Positions 8,901 to 21,356 of a stretch of DNA of 64,000 nt are shown in pieces. The translations under genes were made by a program, and so were the position numbers. A model generated the notes under the pieces. It saw only the letters and a program-made list of their open reading frames with translations. It ran no database searches and had not been told where the DNA came from. The stretch's first letter is position 1, and the number at the start of each line of letters is the position of its first letter. The stretch spans positions 6,634,001-6,698,000 of the forward strand of contig NC_081331.1 in NCBI RefSeq assembly GCF_022539665.2, in the 5' to 3' direction. This DNA comes from Daphnia carinata. Its lineage: Eukaryota.

Positions 8901-11562
8901 TACTCTGCCGAGAGAGGCAGAGCGTGTTAATTACATTCCAGACGTTCAAATGTTACAGCTATATTAAACATGGGCAAATGACGTACATCGACATAGCTAC
9001 CGTTGACGTAATCCGAGTCTGGAATTCCAGGTTGTAGGTCGAGCACAACGCGGTTATAGTCATCTGCAGACAACAGGAAAATTATTCACTCAATTTGCTT
9101 ACAAGCTGAATGCAATTTAAAGGCTGATTGTTTGGGTGAAAAGGAAAATGTTTGAAAGAGAGCTGATGTACAATGGATGTTTTTATGTTACGGAATAAAC
9201 GAAACACTTGACTTTGCAGCATGTTATGGAGCAAGTTACGAAGATTTCCCTAGTGGTCTGGAAATGCAGATTCAATAAACCATGCAACCAAGCAAAAAGT
9301 TTGAGACAGGTCCCAACGAGACTCGAACTCGTGATCTCCTGCTTACTAGGCAGGCGCTTTGCCATCTAAGCCATGAGACCGTGGCACCGGTTTTTGCAAC
9401 AGGAGATCTAATCGGGAGAAGCTGTATTTGGTTTCATACATTTGATACTGCTTGTAATAACGTACGGGCTACGGCTTCTTTAATTACATCGTGTTGTTTT
9501 ACTAAAAAGCATCTGTATTTTAAGAAGGAAACTCAGATAAGCAATGTTCTGTTCATTAAGGAACATTAACTCACGAAACATGAGTTGTTAATATAAAAAA
9601 TTATTAGGTCCCAACGAGACTCGAACTCGTGATCTCCTGCTTACTAGGCAGGCGCTTTGCCATCTAAGCCATAGGACCATCGCATGTGCGAGTCGGCAAT
9701 ATTTAAATAATCGAAGGTTAATAGCGGTAAATCGTTTTATGCTTATCGGGAAACGACGTCAATCTCATTCAAGTTCGAAACTTTATGACATGGTTTTAAT
9801 AAATGCTAGACGACCTCTGATTTTATAAACAATCAAACAGTCTAATCCCCCCCCCCTCTAAAGAATAATTACAAAATGCGACTTACAGGGAATGATTTTC
9901 TGGTTTTGATTTTTTGGTCTGTTTTCTGGCTTGGAGCCGTGGCGAGTCGAATGACCCTCCACTTTGCACGCCGTCTGTAAAAAAAAAAAAAAGAAAAAGA
10001 ATTAACATTAAAAACATGGAAGCTCGTTATGCGTCGGCTGATACGACGATGTTGCTTGCTATAAAAAGACCTTACTTGAAATTCGACACGGAGAAGTACT
10101 GGGTACTTTCTCCTTTGTTCGCAATGCTTGACAAAATTAGCCACTTCGACCGGCTTGTCGGCTATGGCGGCCATTGCATTCCCTTCTTCAGCTGTTTCGC
10201 CAACATCATCCCCGTTCGGAAGCAGACGGTTTAATCGATAAATAAGACACACACACACACGCACAAAAAAGGGGGAAAAAAACAAACATAAATTATGTTA
10301 GAACCACGTCGGACAGCTCTCTGACCACAATATCAATATTGACGCACACACACATTAGTCCATTAGGGACAAGTGATTCTTTAATGATCGATTTAAAAAA
10401 TATATATATAAAATCCACTTTGTCCTATCAGAGTAGTGGTTCCAATTAGGATAGGATCACTCATCAATATAGGAAGACATTCCACGTAAAAAAAAAAAAA
10501 AAAAAAAAAAAAAATGGTATCTTGTTGTTCCAAAGTTCCGGCAAGCGCTTGTATTTTTTGCTGTTTTGGCCGAATTCCAGGCCAAGGTTGGCTTTATAAA
10601 AACCGGGTAAGAGGTAGAGTAGCTAACTATCTTTAGATCTACACAATATTATAAGCTTAGCACTTTACGTACTAGCATTATTTTATGTTATTTATTTATT
10701 TATTTTTTTTTGCCAAACTTTGACGTCAGAATTTCGAGACACTAAAAGCCTGTGCTGAAATCATAATAATAATCCTGTTTTTGCTGATTAACTATTCTGA
10801 TAACGTCGTCGTGCAGGATTTTGCGGTGGCTTAAAACAAAATTCGATGGAAGGGTATATACACAAATAAATGAACGATGTAGCGGCCAAGCCCCAGCTGA
10901 TCAAACCCTTCTCATTCCGTTGTGTGTGTGTGTCAGCGTTGTGTACGTGTGTGTTGTGTGTGTGTAGAGGGTCCTTTTGTGCGTGCGGACTTTATTTTCG
11001 GACCCATTGGGGATCGACGTAAGGACGGCAACAAGAGCAGCAAACAGACTTTTGCTGCAGCTGTGTCATCACGTTCTTCTATATAGACCCTAATATTTGT
11101 GCTTTTTCGTCGTTAACCGGAACTGACGTCATAGAATTCGGCAGTTCATTTGCATACGTAAATTTTTTTTTTTTTGAGGGGAGGGGGTATTTATTTTTTA
11201 AGGCGACCAATCTCACCGACAGAGAGGAGACCGCTGTTGAGCATCGACAGCTTGATGGCATTGGGGATGGATGTCAGGGACGTGCTGGCCGTGCCCAAAT
11301 AGCGTCTGGCTTTCTTAGGCTTGGCCGATGAAGGATTGCGACCGCTGCTCGAACATCCAGTTGTCTTGGGAGTTGACAGAGATCTGTGTTTGCGATTGGA
11401 GCCATTCTGATGGCGCGTCGGAGAACGTTCCCGATGGGATCCTGGCTGATCGTCCGGCAACGTCAGGAAATTGTCCAAGGAATTCCGGTCTTCCTGGACG
11501 CGATGGAGACGAACTCGGCCGTCGCTCGACATGTTCCACGTCTCACTGCTCGGCCCGTTCAT
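5998..11562 (-). CDS. Ptp36E: Protein tyrosine phosphatase with tandem D1-D2 domains and no visible TM/ectodomain (Ptp36E-like), multi-exon
   Basis: Spliced motifs: KNQNQKIIP|YDYNRVVL, DYVNGSYVD, YVVTQGP, DFWRLVWQ, CVQYWP, FHYTEWHSHTC|PYSNN, VHCN|DGGGRSG. D2: DYINAVF, EWPLPHTLGDLWSLVYDYDC, VISS|DGTSRVG. C-terminus TEFKYCYDLVLHYVLHYLHRDGSKK-stop at 5998. First exon 11562 or 11532 to 11217. Symbol is from recalled similarity; start codon uncertain. Confidence 0.85.
9308..9380 (-). tRNA. tRNA-Thr (anticodon AGT), intronic in the PTP gene
   Basis: GGTCTCATGGCTTAGATGGCAAAGCGCCTGCCT-AGT-AAGCAGGAGATCACGAGTTCGAGTCTCGTTGGGACCT folds to a cloverleaf. Confidence 0.95.
9606..9678 (-). tRNA. tRNA-Thr (anticodon AGT), second copy, intronic in the PTP gene
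   Basis: Identical to 9308-9380 except the 5' acceptor strand (GGTCCTA vs GGTCTCA); both pair with TGGGACC. Confidence 0.95.
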
Positions 11563-11847
11563 TCCGATGATCAAGAGTAACGATCGCTTGCCGTTTGACT
11601 CCGTTTGGATGGTTACGCAACTGATTGAACTTTGATAATCAGGAAACGATGGAAACCAAAATCGAAAATTCGGCCGTTCGATCACACTATTCTCTGTTTT
11701 TCACTGCCTTTTTTTTTTTTTTGGTTTAAATATTCAAATCAGACGATAGTAGTGCTACTAGTCGGAGCTGTGCAACAGTTGAGACTGGACTAATCTCACC
11801 GATCCTACCGGTACAACAACTAGACCGGTAAACTATGCGTGTACCAG

Positions 11848-11879
<32 letters not shown>

Positions 11880-13189
11880 AGGGGAACCAGAAGGAAAAAA
11901 AAGGGGGGAGGGTAGAAATATCGAAGGGCGACTGCGCAGTTTCACGGTCGGATGTCTTTCACGTTCAACTCTTTTCCCTCAAAAGATGGCGTTTAACAAT
12001 AGAAGTTTGTCGAAATAACCAGAAAACAAAAAATTTCAAAGTCCCGTTTTATTTTAAAGAAAAAAAAAAGAGCCAAAGATGAAACATTTAATTGGTCAAT
12101 CAGTTATTTCAACTTGACATAATGACCTCTATTTTTGGATTATTTATATTCTCAATTTGCATTAGCTTTTTTATGTTCAATTTTTTTTTCTTTTTCAAAT
12201 TTAATCAATGCGTCGTACAAACGATTGAATGTCATTATCTGATGATTCGATTAAATTTTTATGAACCGGTGTATGAATATTGGCAGCCAATCAGCACACA
12301 ACGACGTATTGGCAGTGAATACAAATGATTCCCCCCCCCCTCTTTTTTTTTCTATTTATCCATCTACGCATTCCTTACTGCACGATTTATGACATTTTTT
12401 TTTTTTTACGACCACCGAAATACATTTAAGGAACGTGATGGCCTTAAAATTTGTTATGCGAAAAAAAAAAAAAAAACAGCGCAGAATTTTCACACATTCG
12501 TTCGCTGTCGCAATCGAACGTGTCGTGCGTTCTTAAACAATTTGCGCACAAGGGTTAACCGTGAATGGTAATTTTCGTTACGTAATCAGACGTCCTTTTT
12601 TGTTATTCTTTACGCCAGCGCGCATTAGCGTTTTCTTTTCTTTTATTCCCCCTTCCATTATCGAATTATTGACTTTGGTTTTTCTTTTGTCTATCCTTAT
12701 ATTTTGGCATCGATGTGGTTAGAGACAAAGGAAAATCAAACGTCCTTCCCAGCCGACGTATTAAAAAAACTGGGAGCCAATCGCAAAGCAGGCCATTATG
12801 GTAAGCATAAAACATTGTGTACAGTTAACATAATCTAAATGGCCATGGGGATCGGTTAGATTGAAATCAAAACACATAAATCCAATTTCCTTTTTTTTTT
12901 TTTTTTTTTTATCAATCACCTTGTCATTTTGAAATGTTGCATATGTTTTAAAAATAACTAAATTGGGTAAAACTCGACGGTTTTATTTTTTTCCGCTCCC
13001 ACCAATTTTATTATTTGAATCGTTTAAATTTCTTTTGGACACGTTGCCGATGGCTGTAATCATTTTGAAAAGTCAAGACACGTAGTCAATTTTCGTTGTT
13101 GTTGTTGTTGAGAGCTACACTATATACTAGCTCTACTCTAAACGAGGAAGAATAGTAATAAATATCAAATGGTAGCGAACCTATTTGGT

Positions 13190-13279
13190 ATTTCCTCAAT
13201 AGTCGGTGGTGTTTTCTGGCTGCTCGGGGGGTCGAATATTTTTTGCTGCGGAATGATAATCACATTTGAAGTTGCCGCT

Positions 13280-13313
<34 letters not shown>

Positions 13314-14312
13314 CATCATACAACACATAACGTGCCAAAATTCAAATTAAATGTCTACTTGAACGTACCTGAGAAATTTGATGGTGGCCACGCCGAGGAA
13401 GAAGAGCGTGACTGATATGCATCCCATTAAAGTGTACACACCTTCGGTCAATCTACAGCAGCGGGAATGGGCCACGCGAGTGGCGTGTAGAACAATATCG
13501 TTGTTATTTCCATCAGCAAACAGGTCCCCTGTCGTGCGATTAACGTCAAACACATCGAACTCGGCACTGGCATTCACACGGTCACTAATGACGGACGAAT
13601 CCATGTCGTTCGAACGTTGTCGAACGAATGCGGCCTCTGCGTCTGGGAAAAGATGACAGGACTAAAAACCTACGACGTCAAAAAAAAAAAAACATATTCA
13701 CAAAGCAGCCAAAAAGGTCAATCGATGTGATGGATCTCCCCGCATAATTTTTTTTCCCCTCCTTTTCACTGTGGCGACGCTGCCCAGACGATATTCTTGC
13801 ACGCCGAATGTCGGTCTGAATTGAATGCCTTTGCCTATCTTTGCGTACGAATATAGACGTGACAGAGCGCAGTTTGTATCTGTATATGTACGCCTCTTGT
13901 CCGTCGTCGACGTGGTCGCTTTTTCGTAAAGATTAGTTAAACCGGGCACGTTCACTTGGCCAGAGAAAAATGCACCGCTGTTCGGCTAAAATGAAAGAAA
14001 AAAAAGACAGAAACCAGACGTGTGATTCTTGTTTTCAAGCCAAACAGATTGTCAAAATTACACTTTATCTGCAACGTATACGTACTATATACAAATCTCA
14101 TCATCATCGATTACATTATTATTTTATTTATTCACACAATTCTATTTTATCTTGTTGGGGCTATCAGTTTTCTCACGCTTAACGTGCTGTTGTACGCGTC
14201 CTCATCAAGAACCCAACGATCGTCACGATTTGTGGTTCTTCCGGATAAATTCGGAAATAGCGCCCTCTTTTTTGGGTATTCCAACCTTGGTGTCGATCGT
14301 GTACTTAACGCT
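13190..14312 (-). other. Candidate coding exons downstream of the SSX2IP-like gene, including a possible transmembrane segment
   Basis: Exon-like blocks ~14312-14177, ~13661-13369 (…VYTLMGCISVTLFFLGVATIKFL) and ~13277-13195, flanked by AG/GT sites and T-tracts; no recognised family. Confidence 0.35.
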
Positions 14313-14654
14313 TAAAAAAAAAAAAAAAAAAAAAAAAAAAGCCTTGAAATTATTTATATTCATTCGTGATCGAAATCATGAAGGGATCAGATTCCGGTTC
14401 GATATAGACGGCAGGTGGGTGTAAAGAAACACGATCGGGACGAAGGCAAACCACAAAATAGCATGTATTATCTGTTAAGTAGTCATATAAATGTTGCTTG
14501 TCGGCAAGGCAGGTTTCATTTCGTAAGTAATCAATCATTTGTTTTCTTTTTTGTTCAGCGCAACCGCTGGTGGGTGGTCATGCTAATGAGGCGGAGGACC
14601 TACATCACGTATACGTCTCGGGAAGGTTATTTACTCGTGAACAAGTTTAGAAGG

Positions 14655-17600
14655 TCATGACGGATTTGCTGAGTAGATGCTGGTTGCCGGAGCAACGCGA
14701 CGAGTCGCTTGTCGTTGCTGGACAACGCTGACTTTAGCCGTTATGGTACCGCCGTAGCCGCTGTTCAAGTTGACGGTCGTGCCAGACTTTTGGGCACATA
14801 TCGATGCGTCATTGGAAGGTCTACGACCGTTCCTGACCAGAGTGGCGGCGGCGTCGCACGTTCGATAAAATTGTTCATCGATTTCCGTAGTGGCATCGAT
14901 CTCCGATCGCTGGGATTTCCAACTGCTGTCGCTCGAAGTACTGGAACGGCTTGGGCTGTTGCTGGCACTCGGACAAGGTGTGTCCAAAGTGGCCATTTCA
15001 TCATGGATCACGTCGACCCTGTCGTCTGTTTCACGGGATCCAACAAGGAACGAAGCCTCCGTTCCAATCGTTGGCTGTCCAAGTGTAACCGTATCCTGAC
15101 GGCTGGAAAGCGGACTCAATGCTGGGCTATCCATCTTCAGTTGGTTCCAATCGACTTGATTAATAGCTGCTGGCGGTTGGGTGCTACCCTTCGACGGTTT
15201 TCGTAACGCACGGCTATCGAATTGGCCCGTCGAAACGGGCTCCGGACGGACGCATTTCGCCATTTGCATTGGGTTTTCATGTGTCGGGGACAATGTCGAA
15301 ATCGTACGTGACTTGCTGATAATAACATCGTCTTTCACAAGAGGACCTATCCGGTTATGAATCGCAGTTGGACGATGTTCACCGGAGGCTACATGTTCCG
15401 ATTGGTCGGTCACGGCATTGATTTCAATTTCATCACGACGGTCTGTCGTATTGAAATTCTGTCCGCTCTGTGAAACTGTTGATGTAACGAGGGCACACTC
15501 TACGAGATGAAGAGCTTCCTCCAACCGATCTCTCATGGAACTGACTGGAAGACGGATCCATTCCTAGCCCAATAAAAACCAGCTATTCGTTCTTGCCCTT
15601 CACGTAAAATTATTATATTAAATTAAATTGAAAAAAAAAAAAATGTACCACGACGTTGAAAAAGATATTGTTTGCCGGACGACGGCCACCTAATGTGTCT
15701 GCGCAATTTGTCAAAAATCGGCCGAGCGTGTCGACCAATTGGAGGTAATCAACTCGTAAGAGTTGATGATCCTTTTCTAAAGAGTTTAACGCCGTCTTCC
15801 ACATGACTTCAGCGTGCCTAACGATTGATAATGTGAAAAACAAAAAGGGAAAATTGGGAACATGAAAGTTTGAAAAAAAAAAAACGTCTGTAGATATACT
15901 TTCGAGTTTCGTCGGCTGTTCGGTCCCATTGTTTACGCAACCTTGTCGAATCGGAGGATGAGGCACGCGCAGCCAGCGATCCACGGATTTCAACTTGGTG
16001 AGGGATGATGCCCCCACTGCCGCTACCACTCGATTTACTATGCAAGAATTTCAGCAATTGCTGTTGTAATCTATGGTTTTCCTGGTCACGACGACGTAGT
16101 GCGTGCAGCCACTGTGTATAACAACAAGAGAGAAATATTAATTGAAAAAAAAAAAGGGAGGAAAAAAGAAAAAAACAGATTTCTCATTTAGTTTTCTCTT
16201 TGATTGATTAGAGTTAGAAAATGAAAGAAAAAAGAGAAAATAACCTGATTCTCCTTGAGTTGGCATTCATGAACCAACTGGCGGTTTTCTTCCGTCTTCT
16301 TTTTTAAAAGCGTCTCGGCCAATTGGAGACGGACATTGGCCTGGCGCTCTTTCTCGCAAGCTTCGGCCGCTTCACGCTCCCGTTGAACGGTCAGTTCCTT
16401 TTCCTTGTCCAGCAACCACTAATTTTTTTTTTTTTTTCGAAACAAAAAATATATAAAAATTTATAGTCTTTTTTCATGTGACGGTTAATGGACACGCCAT
16501 TTTAGGACACGCTACGATCGTCAACAATTTGGCGAGTAATTAAGTTTCGGGGGTATAAGAAACATAAAGTAAATAAAGCGAAAGGAAAAGAAAAAAACCT
16601 GAGAACGTTGCAAGTCGTGGAGTAGCTGCTGTGCGTGATCTTCCCTTTGGCGTTTGGAACGTTGAAGATCGCGAAGTAGGCCGATGAGGTCATAAGATGC
16701 GCTTATCAGATCGCTGATCACGTCCACAGCGATGGCGCCATCGTTATAATCTACCTGCTGCTGGCTGGCCAAACCGGGCAGACCCATCAACTCCAGTTCC
16801 TAAGTCATACGTAAGTTTCAAAAAAGAAAAAAAAAAGAAAATGGTGATTTGAGTGTTACAAAGACCATATCAATCGCCGGTCAAATTTATGAATATGATT
16901 ATTCATATTTTTTTTTTTGTTTTTTGTTTTTCCCCTTTGGGGCTTTGTATACATATATGCTGGAAAACGATGCCGGCCAATCAAATGCTAACGACGGATC
17001 ATTTTTTTTTTTCATCTACTCAAATTTTCATTTTCCCCTTTTTCCTCGCAGAGAAGGACGAACCAGAAGAGAAATCTCTTTGTTGACTTGGTAAAGCCAA
17101 AAGTTCTTTTGAATTCGAAAAGAATATCTTTAAAAAAACAAAAATGTATATGTATATACAGTATATAAAAAAAAATAAAGAAAACAAAATATGGAGGCTG
17201 TAACGAAAAGGATGGTGAGCCCACCTGGCATTACCACGAGCTATTCGGGTATATTGAGGCCTATTACATTATTAATAGTTTCCCACCACAAGAGCTCGGC
17301 AAAGGTGCGTAAAATGTTTGAATAAATAATTACGGATCAGTGTGGTATGCCGTGTTTTCCTTCCTGCGTGTTCTATTTTTTCTTTCGTATCTGTGTGCCG
17401 TGTAGGAGGAATGCAACTTAACAAGCCCCAGAATCGGTTAACGAGCCTCATTCATCCGCAACGTTGATTACACCTCAACGATAAAGGTAACACGCGGTTA
17501 AAGCTGCCGACGAATCGTTAATAATCATCACGTTGCTAAGGGAAGCGCATTTCTGTTTTGAAAAAAAAAAGGGCACCGTATTATCTAATAATGTGAAGAA

Positions 17601-18730
17601 GCGGAGGGGGGGGGGATATTTTCTCTTTTTTTTTTTTTAAACTAAAGTTCACGACGTTGCGCGGAACCTTCGTCGACGTACTAATCACACGTAAAAAATA
17701 GACTTTCTCAGTTTTATCCCGACGAAAAACGAGAATCTTGTCTCTATTTTGAATCGTTTCACCGCAAGAAGAGCATCAAACAAGCACCAACTCTCTTCTT
17801 TCCATTTCTTCTTTTCCCCCCCTCCAACCGGAAGTGTTTGATGGATGGTCGAGCCGACCGCAAACTGCGGTACAACGACGATTTCAACTATGTTGTGGTC
17901 TCGTGGTGTTTTCTCTCTTCGTTTCGTTCTTTTTTCGTATTAAAAAAGACTTTTGCTGGTGGCTTTCTCTCTGCCTGCCAGTCTCGAAAAATCAAGGGAA
18001 CAACACGATTACTTCTGGAACGAATTCGACCGCATTTTTCGTGTACACTCGGGATAAGAACGTATATTTCAATCGGGAATAGAAGAAAAAATAAAAATAA
18101 AAGTTTAGACGTTCATCCCAATGGAGTCAGGGAGCTAACAAAAAAAAAAAAAAAAATCTGCGTAGGCTTTCCCCCTTATTTTGGATGGCTTTCTTTACTG
18201 CAAGTTACGAACGACATGCAGTAACTATTCATGGGAGGAGTTGCCTTTTTTTTTTTTTTTTTTTTTTTTCAAGACTCTGTCTAATAAGTTTTCTGTGTGT
18301 CCATGTCGACGATGTCTTACGCCCATTGCGGACGAAGGACGGCCCTACATCTTTCGCCACCAACGACTCGCCTTACCAACAGCCGGTAAAAAGAGAATGG
18401 CAACTCTAAGAACAACCGGCCTAATTGATGCCGTTTGTTGACTGAAACATTCAAAGAGGCTGGCCAAGATATCACCAATGGACGTTTGGGCATGACCTCG
18501 AAGAAAAATTTCGTGCTCGGGGCGTTGCAGAAAAAAATAAAATCCATCAAAAGTCGAGCCCACGCGAATCCTATTTCCTGACCCCAATCTATCAGTTTAC
18601 AACCATTTTTTAGGCTAAAGGAAAAAAAAGCCTTCAGTCTTTACACTGTATGTCAAAAGATCGTTTTACCTACCTTGGATAGACGAATGACAATGGCGCC
18701 CAAATCTTCCATCGATCCGGATGTTGACAT
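14655..18730 (-). CDS. SSX2IP: Afadin- and alpha-actinin-binding protein (SSX2IP/ADIP/Msd1)-like coiled-coil protein
   Basis: In-phase exons 18730-18674, 16799-16599, 16418-16245, 16111-15900, 15817-15649, 15563-14655. MEDLGAIVIRLSK|ELELMGLPGL...KENQ|WLHALRRRDQENHRLQQQL...RKQWDRTADETRK|HAEVMWKTAL resembles the remembered ADIP domain (YLDQELTTFGFPSL; QYNHDMKRKEREYNKLKERL; RGSWRTGK), followed by a Ser/Thr-rich tail. Both ends uncertain. Confidence 0.7.
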
Positions 18731-19899
18731 GGTCTTCGACAACCCAATGGACGGCCAAAATGAAGGCAGTATGTTTCCTTTGATGGACGTAATTTCAGTT
18801 CGGGGGTTGAATCACGAAAGAGAATGAAGCGAGAAGAAAAATAAAAAAGAGGGCGTCTCTCGGAGATGGACTAGAAAAAAGAAAAGTAAGAGTATAGTTG
18901 GGTATAGATTTGTTTGAGTTGGGGAGCGTCGAACACACACACACACCGTCGACGTCGCGGTTAATAATAGCTGCACGCGCTCTCTCTTCTTTCACTCTCC
19001 GTCGTGTCTCTCCATCTACGTTACGTGTACGTTGGGTGCCCAAAAGTTGGTAAGAAAACAAAAACGAAGAAGAGCAACAAGAAAATCAAATAGCTCTCGA
19101 TTTTACGGCGGTGTTCTGTCTTTGCTGCTCCAATTTCAGTGGATGACGAAAACGAAGCAGATCCACCACGTCTACGAAAACACGTTGGAATTACCACTGA
19201 TTGAGAAAAAGGTAAATAAACTTTCCAGAATACCTTAGAAATGTTACGCTTTGTGGTAATGTCGGAAGCTCCTACTGGTTGAGTCAGTTTAACCACGAAG
19301 GAAAAGTGAGTCGAAGCAAACAAAAAACAACATTCGTTTCGGTAGGGAAGGATATCCCGCGAGCAGCCTGCCATCTATCCACGATCCTGCACCTTTCTCT
19401 CTCCGTGATCTAAGACAAAACAAAACAACAATCAAATGAATTCTTTTAAGATACTATGCAATTCAGTTTTTATTACTATTTCAAAAAGTTAACATTTTCG
19501 CGAAACAAACGAGCACAATCTACTAGAAATTATTTCTAAGAAAAACCATTCACTTGTACCTAGAGCCATCTAGCGTTAGCCGAGTAAGCGTGATGGGCAA
19601 TTTTAATCAAATCGACAAACTCATTTGCCCCCTGAGGGAGTAGAAGAAGAAGAGAGAGAGAGAGAGAAAAAAAACACATACTCGAAGGGGAGGAAGAGAA
19701 GCGAGGCCCATGGCGCGCGCGCGGTACCCACACACACATCGAGACAGGGGGAAGAGGAGAGAGGTTCGGTTCGATAAAAAGTCTGGAGCCGCATTATAGA
19801 ACCGTATGTGTTGTCGCGAGTGTTGGTGCCTTGTGTGAGCGTGTGTAAATGTGAAAAAAAAAAAACGAAAAAAAAAAAAAGTGTGTGTGTATGTGTGTG

Positions 19900-20077
19900 G
19901 TTTTTCAGTTGGTGTCGAGTGGTGTTTGCCAGCGTCACAATCTAAAAACTCGTTTTTTTTTTTTTTTTCTGTTCTGGCGTTTTACCATTCGCCAAAAACG
20001 ACTTGAACTTCGTGAAACTGTTGGGTTCACCACCAAACTCGATTGTAGACGTCATTTCTTAGTGGCCGTATCGGCAA
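19900..20077 (+). promoter_or_regulatory. Probable transcription start and non-coding first exon of the IQSEC gene, divergent from SSX2IP
   Basis: Initiator-like TCAGTT at ~19905 downstream of GA repeats, and a strong donor caa|GTAAGT at 20077/20078. Confidence 0.4.
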
Positions 20078-20870
20078 GTAAGTCACTTAATCGACCCGAT
20101 TTCCAATCAGCTGTTGTGTTATCGCTCGCCAGGGTTAGGATGTTCGTTGTTGGGGGAACTCGTTTCCAGCCTTTGCTTTCCATGGGGTGACATACTGTGT
20201 GTGTGTGTGTGTGAGTGCATTACCAATGGCCGTCCCCGTTCCCCTCCACCCCACACTAGCTCGGGAAATGAAAAGCCGACTCGAGTTAGAATACTATTTT
20301 GACTTGATATGTCTTTTGTTATATTTCTTTTTCTTTATTCTTTGTAAAAAAAAAAAAAAAAAAAAATGGGAGGGGGGGGGGGGGGGAGGGGGTCAGGCAC
20401 TTGTAAAGAATCTGGAGGACTATAATCTACGATCAGCAGTACGTGATAAGAGTGAAAGATCCCCATCTCCCCACGTTAAATACTGACCTCGTTGTTGCCG
20501 AATCGGGCAAAAACAGTTTCGTGGAAGCAGATGATGTATGACCGAGGAACGAAACAAAATTGGAAAAAATGGCCGTGGATTAAAACAGAATTTGTGTCCT
20601 TTTTGCATTCAAGTTTGCGAATTCAGCAAACATTAGGCAAAACAGATGTGTGAATTTTGAGATTTTTTTTCGTGGAGCTTGTCTTGGAAAAAAAAGAAAG
20701 AAATGTCTGAGCTGTTTTTCCCATTACACACGAAATGGGTTTTTGCCATTAAACTCGAAACGATGGACGGGCGCGTCTGCTGTTGGATTCATTAAATACT
20801 TGGGGCGCTTCATCATCACGTGGCGCCGTTGGAAACAACACAATTATCTCGAATCTATTCGATTATCAGT

Positions 20871-20911
<41 letters not shown>

Positions 20912-21286
20912 TTTTTTATTATTATTTTCCTTTTCTTTTACGAGCGCATTTATTATTACGATCTTATCATCGAGTGAAGGGATCAAAAATTTTTAGCATC
21001 TCGAAAACGATTTAAGATATCAAACAGCTGGTTAGGTTGGTAAACGTGAAAGACAAAAACTAAAAAATCTGTATGCCATGTTTTGCGTGTGCCTTTTGTA
21101 CTTACTTAAGATATTGTGTGTTATCTTCCTGATTGTATAGAGACGGCGGCTCTAGTGTCGGTGGCAGCCATCATGGGAGCGCTGCCAACTTGAGATAAAT
21201 AAAAGCGAGCAAAAAAGACAATTTCTGACCCCCGCGACGAAACGACGCCGCCATCGCTACTTACACACACATACACACCAGACGCC

Positions 21287-21324
21287 ATGATGATGGTGAA
21301 CGAAATGAGGTAAGCAACATCAAC

Positions 21325-21356
<32 letters not shown>

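Noticed and set aside
18300..19380. Exon-like open frames around the first SSX2IP exon
   Set aside because: Several frames are open on both strands but none is recognisable or gives a consistent splice path.
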